From the IMG/VR virus record IMGVR_UViG_2600255005_000006: a stretch of DNA of 15,637 nt, one strand, 5' to 3'. Under the pieces are notes generated by a model that worked only from the letters and a program-made list of their open reading frames with translations, was not told the origin of the DNA and ran no database searches. Of this stretch, positions 1-9,121 are shown piece after piece. Origin of the DNA: a virus. Lineage: Duplodnaviria; Heunggongvirae; Uroviricota; Caudoviricetes. The stretch's first letter is position 1; each line of letters starts with the position of its first letter. Position numbers and translations under genes: made by a program.

Positions 1-579
1 TTACAACGATTTGGCCGCCGGACCGTGATAACCGCACTCATCGCCGCGATAGGTCCAGGTGCAGGTGTTGGCCAGCATGATACGTCCCGGAAAAACAGCG
101 CCGTCCGTTTCCGTCGACGTGGCCAGTACAAAGGAGGCACTGACCGCGCTCAGTTCGCTGCACTGCTCGATGCGCCAGTGGCTGATCACCTCCTGCTCCG
201 GATCGGCGTCGCTGTTTCCGTTGACGAAGTTCACCGCATCCAGAAAACGGGCGTAAACCTTACGCCTGACCACCGTTCCGCCGACCAGACTCTGCAGGTC
301 TTCCGCCATCCCGGTGACCATGCCGTGCAGGTTAGAAACCGTCAGTGTCGGACGGGCAGCACTGCCCTTGCCGTTCAGTTCAAATCCCGTCCCCTGAATG
401 GGATATGCCTGATACTGCCGCCCCTGCCAGGTAACCGGCTCACCTCTTTCATTCTGCTCATTGCAGAAAAAGTAGCGATCCCCGCCTACCTCTGTCAGGT
501 CGATTTCCCAGAGCACCACGCTGGCCGACTGCTCCGCCCGAATGCATTCATTCAGTGTTTCCTGTTGTATGTCCTGCAT
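1..579 (-). CDS. Minor tail protein L (lambda gpL-like), 192 aa, C-terminally short and divergent
   Basis: Translation MQDIQQETLNECIRAEQSASVVLWEIDLTEVGG... is near-identical to lambda gpL as I recall it, up to ...TWTYRGDECGY, then ends HGPAAKSL with a stop at nt 1-3. ATG at 577-579. Confidence 0.85.
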   Translation of the reverse strand: MQDIQQETLNECIRAEQSASVVLWEIDLTEVGGDRYFFCNEQNERGEPVTWQGRQYQAYPIQGTGFELNGKGSAARPTLTVSNLHGMVTGMAEDLQSLVGGTVVRRKVYARFLDAVNFVNGNSDADPEQEVISHWRIEQCSELSAVSASFVLATSTETDGAVFPGRIMLANTCTWTYRGDECGYHGPAAKSL

Positions 580-583
580 CAGA

Positions 584-916
584 TCACCACTTCGTCAAAC
601 TGACACGAAAAATCGGTATAGGTGATATGTTCTGTCGCTGACCACGTTCGACACACCACTCTGATTTTTCTGTTAATACCCGGCGGGCGCCAAAAAAAGA
701 TTTATAGCCTTCATGCCGGGCTAAAAATTTTTCAAATGAATCACGTTCATTCGCCTCAACTTTGAAATCACAGGTAAAAACGCGCAGAGAATGATTAAGT
801 CCATTTGGACTTCGTTGCTCATAACCATCGCCAAGTCTTACAATTTTTATCGATGGTTTATTTTCTGTTTTCATTCCATCCTCTGGTAACCAGTGAAATT
901 CTTCCGTATTAGCCAC
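584..916 (-). CDS. Minor tail protein M (Phage_min_tail family, distant lambda gpM homolog)
   Basis: 110 aa; motif [16 protein letters not shown]...[14 protein letters not shown] aligns with lambda gpM VRFGDGYSQRAPAGLN...LESFLEEHGGWKSF. GTG start at 914-916 overlaps the tape measure stop; SD GGGGGA 8 nt upstream. Confidence 0.8.
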   Translation of the reverse strand: MANTEEFHWLPEDGMKTENKPSIKIVRLGDGYEQRSPNGLNHSLRVFTCDFKVEANERDSFEKFLARHEGYKSFFGARRVLTEKSEWCVERGQRQNISPIPIFRVSLTKW

Positions 917-3900
917 TTAACATTCCCCCATCACGTCGCATATTTAACAGAGTGCCCTGCACCCGCTGATCAACCATCCCCATAAGTGCTTTTATTGCCT
1001 GAGGGCCAACCTCTCCATTCTGGCCGTCATTTTGAATAGTGATTTGGTATACAGGGGCATAGGTAATATCTCCGCCTCCATTACCACTTTTACTATTAAT
1101 AGCTCTGACACCAAGAGAACCATCGGAAGTTCGTGTTAATGGCATAATGGCTTCCGGTCCAGCCTCACCAAAAACACCCGCCCCTTTTGCAAAAGCAAAA
1201 AATTGCGGGGAATCATAAATACCGTTCGAATACGTGCTCAATGACGGAGACTCATAAACACCGCCCTTTGCATTCGGAATAAATTTACTAATAGCACTCC
1301 CGATAGTTCCTAAAATCCCCCCAGAAGAACTGTTACTAATGCTGTCGAAAATCCCAGTAATTGAAGCCTTTAATGCTATTCGACTAAGATCCGAAATCAC
1401 GGAAGTAGCGAAAGAACGAAAATTTGCCTTGCCTGTCGTGACAAAATCACCCAGCGCATCGGTCATCCCATCAAACATCTGAGTCGTGGTTGATTTTATC
1501 TGCTCACTGATATCCTTAGTGTCATCCAGCCAGTTATTGAATCCCTGGGAGGCACCACTAACCCAGTCTCCTGCCTGAATATCGACCTGCTCGTTTTTCT
1601 GTCTGACAATTTCTTTTTCTCGTTCCAGAGCATCATTCAGAGCCTGCATTTTCTCCTGAAAAACATGATCTGACATTCCACGGGATTTATCTGCATAGTC
1701 ACGTTCAAGTTGCAGACGCTGGTTGTTATATTCACGTTCAATCCGCAGTAATTCCTGCTGACGTTGCTGATTTTTATCGCCAAGCCCATAACCAGCAATC
1801 TGAATATCATACCCCTGCTGACGATTATCAATCGAAGCCTGCAATGAATCACGCCATGCGGCTATTTCGGTTGATTCCTTGATTAGCCTGTTATTTTTTT
1901 CAATCGCAACATTTTTCTCCATCAACGCGGTTATTTCTTCCCGGTGTAAGAGAAGCGATTTCTGATCCTGGGTTAATTTCGATGACGGTCGTGACTCCAG
2001 GTCGGCAATCTGCTGACGCCACTTAACCAGTTCCTGTTCAGAGGAACTTAATTTAACGGTCAATTCAGCTTGTGAACTTAGTAACGCATTCTGTTGATTC
2101 AGATGATCAATCATTCGTTGGGCAGCATCATCCGAATAACCTTTCGCCTTTGGTAGCTTTGGATCTTTATAACGCTCATTTATTTGAGCGACAAGATTAT
2201 TATATTCTTCCTTTGAATACTGACTCTTTAGCTTTTCCAGTTTTGCAAGTTCACTGGCTCTCTGCTGCTCCCGGGTCTGATATTGTTTTGAAAAGGCATC
2301 TGCTTTCTGTCTGAGTTCAATTCCTTCCTGTTGTCGCTTGTTGTAATCGGTTATTGATGAATTTAGTACGTCCTGAGCAATTTTTTCTGCTTGAAGTACG
2401 CCCAATTGCTGCTTTAATCGTGCCAGCCTTTTATTTTGAGCGCCGCCATCCCCAATGCCACCTAACCCGAAAGCTCCGGGTCGGGTATTTTTTTCTATTT
2501 CATCAATTTGATGGAGAACATCTGAGATTTTTTGATCAAGGGAGGCATCACGACCAATATCCAGCATGGAATCCCATGCCCATTTTGCGGACTCAGCGAC
2601 AGCTTTCCATGCAGTCTCAAGATAACCAAGATTTTCTTTAATCTGGTTGGTGCGCTGGATCATTGAGGATGAGTATGCTTCTGTCGCAATGCGGGCGGCC
2701 TCCTGCTGGTTCCCTTCATCCTGTAGCGCCTTAATCTGGTTATAAGTCGCAATTGTCAGAAAATGGTACTGATCATTAAGTTTTGATATGGCACTGACAG
2801 GATCCTTTGCAATTTCATTGAAGTCATTAACCAGTTGTTCGGTTGATATTCCTGTTACTTCGCTCGTTTTTACTATCGCTGTCGTCACTTGCTCCAGCGA
2901 ACTGCTCGCTACCTTTCCCGAACGCACAAGCTGGTTTAATACTGCCGCCGCAGCGCCAGTTGTCGAATCAGCCGCATTCCCGGCACGTTGAGCTATATCG
3001 GCCAATTGCCCGCTGGTTGTCCCCAACTGATTTCCGGTAAGAATAAGAGATTTATTAAATTCGTCCTGCTCCTGAGAGCCTTTATAGTAAGCCAGCCCTA
3101 AGACGCCAACGGCTGCTGCGGCCAGGGTAAAAGGATTAATTAATCCCAGCACATAAGAACCAACACCTTTGATCGCCGGGCCAATCCCACCGAACATATC
3201 TTTTAGCTGGCCGCCCTGCTGCATTAACACCATAAAAGGCGACTGACCAGTGGACAACCCAACAACAATATCCGTCATTTGTGCAGGCAACATGCGCATA
3301 GCAAAAGCCGTTTGTTTTGCCGACATTCCGGTTTTGCTTAATTGAGATTGAGTAACCTCAAGCTCACTCCGCATAGCACGAAGTTTTCCAGAAAGTTCCT
3401 CATACATTTCAGGAGAGAGCATCCCCTTAGCTTTTGCTTCATTGAGCTGTTTCTGTTGTTCTACCAGACGATTAAAAGCAGTTCCGACAGGGTCAAGTTG
3501 AGCAATCAGACGTTGCAAAGCAGCAACCTGTTCATCATGCGCTTTTGCTGCTTCTCGCTCTGCCTGAGCCTCTCCGGTAAGCTCTCGCCGTGTTTCCTGT
3601 ATTTTTCGGCTATAATTCTCAAACTGAGAACCATTTATTTTCCCGGATGCAAACGCAGCATTAAGTTCATCCTGCTGTTGTTCAAGATTTCTTAGCGCCG
3701 CAACCAGAGGGTCGATCTTGTCCAGCATTCTTTGAAAGGCCTGAGCCTGCGATTCCTGCTGGGCGGCAGCAAGTTTTCCGGCCTTCTCGGCTTCTCTCTG
3801 CGCTTGCGCAACCCCGCTCAATTCCTCTGTGGTTTCATTAAGTTTACGGACAAGAAATTCATATTCTTCTTTATCAATAAGCCCTTTATCGAAAAATTTC

Positions 3901-4142
3901 TTTAATTCAGAATAGCGTCGACCGACAGTATCAATTGCGGCACCAACTGGATCAATAGCTGCTTTTAATTTTGCGAGCGCGTTCTTCTCATCTTCTGTTG
4001 CCTTAGTCACTTTCCCTGCGCTATTTGCAGCAGTTTCCCCGGCCTGCGTCATTTTGACTAATGAGGAGGTCAGATTGTCAGCATTATTTTTTGCTCCAGT
4101 GCTATCAATAATTATTGCGAGACGCGAGGTTTGCTCTGCCAT
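909..4142 (-). CDS. Tail tape measure protein (gpH-like), 1077 aa
   Basis: Very long ORF between chaperone and M genes; coiled-coil-rich N-terminal half, hydrophobic glycine-rich central segment, C-terminal region typical of tape measure proteins. ATG at 4140-4142 with SD GGAG 9 nt upstream. Confidence 0.9.
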   Translation of the reverse strand: MAEQTSRLAIIIDSTGAKNNADNLTSSLVKMTQAGETAANSAGKVTKATEDEKNALAKLKAAIDPVGAAIDTVGRRYSELKKFFDKGLIDKEEYEFLVRKLNETTEELSGVAQAQREAEKAGKLAAAQQESQAQAFQRMLDKIDPLVAALRNLEQQQDELNAAFASGKINGSQFENYSRKIQETRRELTGEAQAEREAAKAHDEQVAALQRLIAQLDPVGTAFNRLVEQQKQLNEAKAKGMLSPEMYEELSGKLRAMRSELEVTQSQLSKTGMSAKQTAFAMRMLPAQMTDIVVGLSTGQSPFMVLMQQGGQLKDMFGGIGPAIKGVGSYVLGLINPFTLAAAAVGVLGLAYYKGSQEQDEFNKSLILTGNQLGTTSGQLADIAQRAGNAADSTTGAAAAVLNQLVRSGKVASSSLEQVTTAIVKTSEVTGISTEQLVNDFNEIAKDPVSAISKLNDQYHFLTIATYNQIKALQDEGNQQEAARIATEAYSSSMIQRTNQIKENLGYLETAWKAVAESAKWAWDSMLDIGRDASLDQKISDVLHQIDEIEKNTRPGAFGLGGIGDGGAQNKRLARLKQQLGVLQAEKIAQDVLNSSITDYNKRQQEGIELRQKADAFSKQYQTREQQRASELAKLEKLKSQYSKEEYNNLVAQINERYKDPKLPKAKGYSDDAAQRMIDHLNQQNALLSSQAELTVKLSSSEQELVKWRQQIADLESRPSSKLTQDQKSLLLHREEITALMEKNVAIEKNNRLIKESTEIAAWRDSLQASIDNRQQGYDIQIAGYGLGDKNQQRQQELLRIEREYNNQRLQLERDYADKSRGMSDHVFQEKMQALNDALEREKEIVRQKNEQVDIQAGDWVSGASQGFNNWLDDTKDISEQIKSTTTQMFDGMTDALGDFVTTGKANFRSFATSVISDLSRIALKASITGIFDSISNSSSGGILGTIGSAISKFIPNAKGGVYESPSLSTYSNGIYDSPQFFAFAKGAGVFGEAGPEAIMPLTRTSDGSLGVRAINSKSGNGGGDITYAPVYQITIQNDGQNGEVGPQAIKALMGMVDQRVQGTLLNMRRDGGMLSG

Positions 4143-4165
4143 TTATTAAAACTCCAGACAACAAA

Positions 4166-4185
4166 AAGCCCACCGAAGTGGGTTT
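4166..4185 (-). terminator. Terminator-like hairpin (CCCAC-UUCG-GUGGG followed by CUUUUUGUUGU) just upstream of the tape measure start
   Basis: Read on the minus strand in the 128-bp gap between the T-like ORF and the tape measure gene; short GC stem, UUCG tetraloop, U-run. Confidence 0.3.
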
Positions 4186-4270
4186 CAGGCGACATAATAG
4201 TAGATATAGCGATTACGAGGCCACGCAATGCTTTTCTCCAGGAGCATCATCGATTTAATTAAAGACACCA

Positions 4271-4540
4271 TCACATCTCTGTAACAGAGTGTACGTAATT
4301 AACAACTACACACACTGCTCCTGAAAATAACTGGTCATCCAGTGCAAAGATCACTGCTTCAAACTCATCGCGCTCAATCAATACCGGATGAGTGGCTAAA
4401 TATTCATTTATCTCTGTCAGAGATATAGGCAAAGGCACCCCGGTCATTCCAGCATAACGTCGGGCACGGGATATTACCGAATAGGCGTACAACAATTCCT
4501 TAAGCACCGGGTCTATTTCTGGTTCCGGTATCGGTGGCAA
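4271..4540 (-). CDS. gpT-like tail assembly chaperone extension segment; no credible own start, in frame with the G-like ORF behind its TAG stop
   Basis: The ORF-track start is TTG with no SD. The frame stays open from the G stop (4613-4615) to 4271 (113 sense codons). Position between chaperone and tape measure matches the G/GT arrangement. Confidence 0.45.
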   Translation of the reverse strand: MPPIPEPEIDPVLKELLYAYSVISRARRYAGMTGVPLPISLTEINEYLATHPVLIERDEFEAVIFALDDQLFSGAVCVVVNYVHSVTEM

Positions 4541-4612
4541 CCTGAGTTTTTCTCGCTTCCATCTTGCCTTTTCCCCCTTTCTCCCCGAACTCCGATAACC
4601 ACCGCTGGGCGG

Positions 4613-4627
4613 CTATGGCTTTTTTAT
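4613..4627 (-). promoter_or_regulatory. Putative -1 programmed frameshift signal: slippery heptamer A_AAA_AAG (4625-4619) two codons before the TAG stop, followed after 6 nt by a stem-loop (4612-4599)
   Basis: Zero-frame reads AUA AAA AAG CCA UAG; downstream CCGCC-CAGC-GGUGG can form a 5-bp hairpin. The heptamer is the same as the one I recall at the E. coli dnaX frameshift site. Confidence 0.4.
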
Positions 4628-5074
4628 CGTATCCTGCTTCTGCAGCTCTTTACCCTGGGCGATGCTGGCTGCTTCTGCAAGGATCTGCCAGTACAACTCT
4701 GGATTCTGCTTAAGCAGCGCGATCCCTCGTTCTGGCGTATATTCCAGTGCAACCTCAGCACCATTAACCAGTTCACCAACCCCTTTCCAGTCTTTCAGCA
4801 GATAACGAGCAGCATTATCAATGAGTAAATCATCAACAGAATCTACCTCGGAAACCTTTGAAATATCAAACTCCTTCGTTCCGACGTGCAAACTGGCATC
4901 CATTTTCTCAATGTGACGACGGATTAATGCATTACGGGAGCGATACTGATCGTTATCGCTGCTTGCCACCAACAGTTTTAACCCGTCTACAGGTTTTAAG
5001 TCCTTCATTGGCGTAAACCAGCGTTCTCCACCGATGATAATTTTCTGATTAAGAATAAACATCCATAACCTCAT
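4613..5074 (-). CDS. Tail assembly chaperone (gpG-like by position), 153 aa
   Basis: ORF immediately downstream of the major tail gene and upstream of the tape measure gene; ends in a slippery heptamer. ATG 5072-5074 has SD AGGGGG 8 nt upstream; alternative ATG at 5060-5062 has SD GAGG. Confidence 0.7.
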   Translation of the reverse strand: MRLWMFILNQKIIIGGERWFTPMKDLKPVDGLKLLVASSDNDQYRSRNALIRRHIEKMDASLHVGTKEFDISKVSEVDSVDDLLIDNAARYLLKDWKGVGELVNGAEVALEYTPERGIALLKQNPELYWQILAEAASIAQGKELQKQDTIKKP

Positions 5075-5083
5075 TCAATGCGT

Positions 5084-5110
5084 CCCCCTGTAGTGCAGTA
5101 CCACAGGGGG
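5084..5110 (-). promoter_or_regulatory. Strong stem-loop (about 11 bp) between the major tail and G-like genes that sequesters the G-like gene SD
   Basis: Minus-strand RNA CCCCCUGUGG-UACUGCACU-ACAGGGGG; the 3' arm contains the AGGGGG SD for the ATG at 5074; no U-run follows. Confidence 0.35.
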
Positions 5111-5122
5111 AATAACGGAAAA

Positions 5123-6085
5123 TCAACTAATCGCATCAGCACTGGCTTTTGCGATCACGGCAGTCGGGGAGCATTTTTTTCTGGTTATCGTAGGTGCTTC
5201 ATCTGCTGCGGTAATGCTCAATTGAACCTGGATAATGTCAGTATTACCCCCATCAGGCCATTCACCTGACACCTGAACCTTCGGGAAACTGAAAGTGTAT
5301 GCCCCCTCTCCATTCGAAAGCGTGAAGCTGAACGGAACTGTTTCTCCAGTCAGTGTTTTACTCCAGATTTCCCACGCGGCTTTAGACCATGAAAGCGTCA
5401 CCGTACCGGACGGTGTAAAAGTAGTCGGAATATTTGCTCCTGCATAAGGCGAGCCAGTCCCGATACAACGCTGTGTCTGGAGTTTGTTATCGAACTGAAT
5501 ATCAAAACTGTCGATACAAAAACCGTTACCTCCGGCAACACCATTCAGGCTTACTGCTGAAACCTCCTTAAACGAATAGCGTAACTTTCCTGCACTATCC
5601 ACAGGTTCGCCTTTGATAAAATTCGTATCATCGGCCTTTGATTCCCAGCCCAGCCCGGCAAAGGTTACGGTCGCTGTAATATCGCCGTCGTTAGGGATCT
5701 GCATTTTCCATGAGCCAACCTGCGCTCCTCTGACGACAGAGGCAATTCCGACATCGGACGCATAGGTCGCCAGAGAAAATGTTATTCGCTCATTCCCCAT
5801 TGTCAGAGAATCGCCTGACCATTCCGCGCCGAAACAGGATGCAAGAAAATCATCATGTTGACCCCAGCGAAATTTGGTACCAACATCACCGCCGACATCC
5901 ACAGTGCCAGGCGTCGCCCCCTGAGCCATCCGGGAGCCACCAATCTCATTATTTTCGCCTTTATTCTGGGTGGGTTTTACTCCCCAGCTTGTGCGTTTTA
6001 ATAAACTCCAGTCACCACTTGCTGGCGTAGTGCCTGCAACTGTCTCCCGGATAAATGCCGAGATAACCTTTGCACCTGAACTCAC
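5123..6085 (-). CDS. Major tail (tube) protein, 320 aa
   Basis: Position between tail terminator and chaperone genes. GTG start at 6083-6085 with SD AGGAGG 5 nt upstream. Confidence 0.8.
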   Translation of the reverse strand: MSSGAKVISAFIRETVAGTTPASGDWSLLKRTSWGVKPTQNKGENNEIGGSRMAQGATPGTVDVGGDVGTKFRWGQHDDFLASCFGAEWSGDSLTMGNERITFSLATYASDVGIASVVRGAQVGSWKMQIPNDGDITATVTFAGLGWESKADDTNFIKGEPVDSAGKLRYSFKEVSAVSLNGVAGGNGFCIDSFDIQFDNKLQTQRCIGTGSPYAGANIPTTFTPSGTVTLSWSKAAWEIWSKTLTGETVPFSFTLSNGEGAYTFSFPKVQVSGEWPDGGNTDIIQVQLSITAADEAPTITRKKCSPTAVIAKASADAIS

Positions 6086-6111
6086 AGGAGCCTCCTATGT
6101 CATTAATTGCG

Positions 6112-6504
6112 CTAGAGCGCGCGATATGGAATTTGAAGATTAAGCTGGAACCAGCCATTCTTTTCGCCGACGGCTATTGAGGAAACAGCCTGGTAACTGA
6201 GACGATCGTCATCCTGAAACTCAAACAGTTCCCGCAATTTATCGGCTGTCTCAGTAATGAGTTTTGAACCAGAACCTGCGGGGACAAATAACTGAATAAT
6301 GATTATCCCCGTGCGATAAACAACCGGCCCCGCGCCAATTTCATTAACTCCAGCCTGCCCGGGAATATTACTTAACCGCGCCCAGATTAACTTACCGGAA
6401 GGATCGAACGTTGGCGCGTTCGGATACAATACGTCTTTTCCATCAATAATCGTCTGTGCCGTCATTCTGGAAATAACCGTATTTCTGATTTCAGTAAACG
6501 TCAT
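6112..6504 (-). CDS. Tail terminator / tail completion protein (gpU-like by position), 130 aa
   Basis: Small ORF directly upstream of the major tail gene; its ATG overlaps the previous stop (ATGA). Confidence 0.55.
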   Translation of the reverse strand: MTFTEIRNTVISRMTAQTIIDGKDVLYPNAPTFDPSGKLIWARLSNIPGQAGVNEIGAGPVVYRTGIIIIQLFVPAGSGSKLITETADKLRELFEFQDDDRLSYQAVSSIAVGEKNGWFQLNLQIPYRAL

Positions 6505-6881
6505 TTGTAAGCCTGTAAAACACCATGAAAAGCGTTGGCATACACGCCAGTTGGCGCTTGTTGTGAATGACCGTTTTCAAGAGCCTCTGCATAAGGAAGG
6601 TTATTCTGGATATAAATAACTCCGTAATTTGCAGCTTTCGAAATAACCCCGATCCCACGCTGAACAGCAATCGTACCGTTCGGATCCACGTTATCAGATA
6701 TACCAAAATCGGGATGCTGTAACGACACCAGGTTGTTATTTCTGAAACGTCCGGTATCAACCGGAGCAGCAATATCAATAGCAGTAAGAATCTGAATAGC
6801 GATGTAGCGAATCTTCAGCCCTACATCTTCCTCAATCATCCCGGCAAATATTGACGGTTCTATATCCCATGCCTTTGCCAT
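6501..6881 (-). CDS. Neck protein (HK97 gp10-like by position), 126 aa
   Basis: SD AAGGAG 7 nt upstream of the ATG; the previous gene's stop abuts the start. Family assignment is from memory and position, not a search. Confidence 0.55.
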   Translation of the reverse strand: MAKAWDIEPSIFAGMIEEDVGLKIRYIAIQILTAIDIAAPVDTGRFRNNNLVSLQHPDFGISDNVDPNGTIAVQRGIGVISKAANYGVIYIQNNLPYAEALENGHSQQAPTGVYANAFHGVLQAYK

Positions 6882-7265
6882 TTACGCTCTCCTTAACTGG
6901 ATAGAGTAAACTGATGCGGAAGGATCTACACTTGCTGTAATTACCTCGTATCGTTGTAACTGCCTTGATACAGGATCATAAATCTCAATAATATGGTCGA
7001 CAGCTGGTTTATCCGTAACCTCGCATACCAGAGCGGTTAATTTAAGGTCACCATGCAAAATATTAATCCCATCAATTCTGCCCAGCTTATAACGTGTCAA
7101 CACGCCTCGCCCGGTATAGATTTCGGTGGATTCGCCGCCAGTTTCCGTCACAGGATCCCAGTGCCGGTGCGTAACGTAAGAACCAGAAAAATCACTCACG
7201 GCGTCCGCTAAATCCTCATCAAAAGCAGCGGCAACCTCTGACTGAATCTCTTCACGAAGCCCCAT
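6882..7265 (-). CDS. Head-tail joining / head closure protein (by position), 127 aa
   Basis: ATG overlaps the preceding TAA (TAATG); G-rich SD. Function inferred from synteny only. Confidence 0.5.
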   Translation of the reverse strand: MGLREEIQSEVAAAFDEDLADAVSDFSGSYVTHRHWDPVTETGGESTEIYTGRGVLTRYKLGRIDGINILHGDLKLTALVCEVTDKPAVDHIIEIYDPVSRQLQRYEVITASVDPSASVYSIQLRRA

Positions 7266-7660
7266 TATCCCCCCCTCACAACCCTGACTTGTGAGCGACT
7301 AAGTCCGTACGGTTTCAGCAGTGCTATCGCAAGCTGTAAATCGGGTTCAAGCAATGCAGTGCTGTTTGCTGGCAACTCAGAAAATGATTTCGATACACTG
7401 ACCCCGTCAGCCGACACGGCTTTACTGATAACAACGCCAGAATCATTTTTCTGCTGAAACAACTTACCGAATGAGGCAATTCTGGCTGCATATGCTCCCG
7501 CAAGTTTTACCTCTTCCGGAATACGGGATGGGTTAATTTTCAGGTTGAAGCCATTAAGCCAGGCATTAGCCATTAAAACAGCTTTATTTTTAGCGTTCTC
7601 ACTCGTCCAGGCGTTCCCAAACGCATTATCAACGTCATCACAGGTCACGTAAGTGATCAT
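7265..7660 (-). CDS. Head-tail connector / head completion protein (by position), 131 aa
   Basis: ATG at 7658-7660 with SD AGGAG 8 nt upstream. Function inferred from synteny only. Confidence 0.5.
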   Translation of the reverse strand: MITYVTCDDVDNAFGNAWTSENAKNKAVLMANAWLNGFNLKINPSRIPEEVKLAGAYAARIASFGKLFQQKNDSGVVISKAVSADGVSVSKSFSELPANSTALLEPDLQLAIALLKPYGLSRSQVRVVRGG

Positions 7661-7663
7661 GTG

Positions 7664-7840
7664 TTACTCCTGAGTTTTCCAGCCCATAGCCTTCCAGTTG
7701 TCAACTTCATCAGGATGAACATTAGCGATAGTTGGTGCGCCGGGAAACATCTGATAATCGGTCACCATAACCACTAACTCAATTTGCGTTTTTTGTGCGG
7801 CTTCACGCTGTGCTCTTTGCTCTTTAGTTAATCCGGCCAT
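7664..7840 (-). CDS. Small hypothetical phage protein, 58 aa (absent from the ORF track)
   Basis: Hand translation MAGLTKEQRAQREAAQKTQIELVVMVTDYQMFPGAPTIANVHPDEVDNWKAMGWKTQE; ATG at 7838-7840 preceded by a G6 SD; its TAA overlaps the SD of the next gene; fills the capsid-connector gap. Confidence 0.4.
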   Translation of the reverse strand: MAGLTKEQRAQREAAQKTQIELVVMVTDYQMFPGAPTIANVHPDEVDNWKAMGWKTQE

Positions 7841-7857
7841 ATGCCCCCCATTAAAAA

Positions 7858-7876
7858 TGGGGCCGAAGCCCCGTTT
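7858..7876 (-). terminator. Intrinsic terminator-like hairpin 10 nt after the major capsid stop (GGGGC-UUCG-GCCCC followed by AUUUUUAAU)
   Basis: Read on the minus strand; likely a partial terminator raising capsid relative to downstream expression. Confidence 0.4.
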
Positions 7877-7882
7877 GAATGT

Positions 7883-9022
7883 TTAACCAAGAATCAGACA
7901 ACCATGTGCCGGCTTCACTGATGAAACACCCCATGCCAGTCCAACTTCATAGCGCACCTGGCGATACTGACGATACAGTGCAATCTGGAACGTAATCCCT
8001 GAAATCGGGTCCGTAACATTCATTACATCATCAGCATTATCGCCACCTTCCGGCATTGCCGGAGTACGGGATGCCAGCAGAAACGCGTTGCGATCAAACG
8101 CCATATTTGCAGTAAAGGAGCCAACAACTGTGATTGCAGTATCATCGGCCAGATCCTGACGCAGTCCGGGCGCTGCAAGAGTAATCAGATTGCTGGTCGC
8201 TGCTGCCACAACATACTGATTCGGATCGCCAGCGAACGTAACAATCTGACCTGCAGAAATACTCCCCGAACCAGTATCAATGGAAATAAGAACATCGCCT
8301 TCTTTTTTCTCGCCATTCACGAGATAACCAGTTGCAGCAACCTTTGGCGCTCGTTTTACACCTGCCGAACTGTGAATATTGAATCCCTCCAGACGCCCCA
8401 ACACGCCCTCACGCAGTAGCTGTTCAGTGCCGGATTCATTCACTTTAAACAGTACAGACTGTTTTCCGCGCAAATTAGCAATGGCAGTGGAGCCAAGCAC
8501 CATCTGCAGATCGGTTGTCGGTGCGCCGTTATCCTCCAGAACCTGACGAGCCAGAGCAGCATCAGAAAGATCATCTTTAACACCAAACGGCGTTGTCCCT
8601 GCGGTTCCCACGGCGCGGGAAGCACCGAAATACAACGCACCAAGATCAGCCTCAACCTCGTTTGCAAGGGCGCGAAAAGCCTGCTTGAACTGATCAGCCA
8701 GAATGGTGTTGTAAGTCCCTGAAGGGCCAAGAGCCAGTTGTTCTTCACCATTCCATTTAACCGGTGCCATTTTGGATTTAGTAATTTTCACATCAACAGT
8801 GCCAATATTTTGATCACCGGTATTCGGAGCTGACGGCCCCGGTACGATATCTTCGGTTTTCGCCTCAGGCGCAACTGGCGCGGTTACCGTCTGATCTTTT
8901 GCTGCGGCGTCAGCTTTTGCGTTTTTTGCTACCGCAGGGATAAAACCTACCTGCTCACGGGATACAATATCCAGGGCGGTATAAATAGTCGGGATCAACC
9001 CGGTCAGGGTATTTCCAGCCAT
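7883..9022 (-). CDS. Major capsid (coat) protein, 379 aa
   Basis: Large ORF downstream of the scaffold-like gene and upstream of the neck genes; ATG at 9020-9022 with SD AAGGA; followed by a terminator hairpin. Confidence 0.85.
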   Translation of the reverse strand: MAGNTLTGLIPTIYTALDIVSREQVGFIPAVAKNAKADAAAKDQTVTAPVAPEAKTEDIVPGPSAPNTGDQNIGTVDVKITKSKMAPVKWNGEEQLALGPSGTYNTILADQFKQAFRALANEVEADLGALYFGASRAVGTAGTTPFGVKDDLSDAALARQVLEDNGAPTTDLQMVLGSTAIANLRGKQSVLFKVNESGTEQLLREGVLGRLEGFNIHSSAGVKRAPKVAATGYLVNGEKKEGDVLISIDTGSGSISAGQIVTFAGDPNQYVVAAATSNLITLAAPGLRQDLADDTAITVVGSFTANMAFDRNAFLLASRTPAMPEGGDNADDVMNVTDPISGITFQIALYRQYRQVRYEVGLAWGVSSVKPAHGCLILG

Positions 9023-9121
9023 AATTAAATATTCCTTAAAAATTTGCGTAATTAGTGAATAGATGGAGTAATGAGCTATCCAGCCCTGACACCAGCTCCC
9101 ATCCGGAAGCTGACAAATGTG

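Noticed and set aside
25-603. 192-aa plus-strand ORF, and nested ORF 59..256, antisense to the L gene
   Set aside because: Exact antisense shadow of a strongly lambda-like minus-strand gene in GC-rich DNA; arginine- and alanine-rich low-complexity translation; no SD.
2072-3695. Several 65-117 aa plus-strand ORFs inside the tape measure gene
   Set aside because: Antisense to a long, well-supported coding region; no start signals; low-complexity translations.
8440-8751. 103-aa minus-strand ORF in an alternative frame inside the capsid gene
   Set aside because: Fully nested out of frame within the major capsid gene; no independent start signals.
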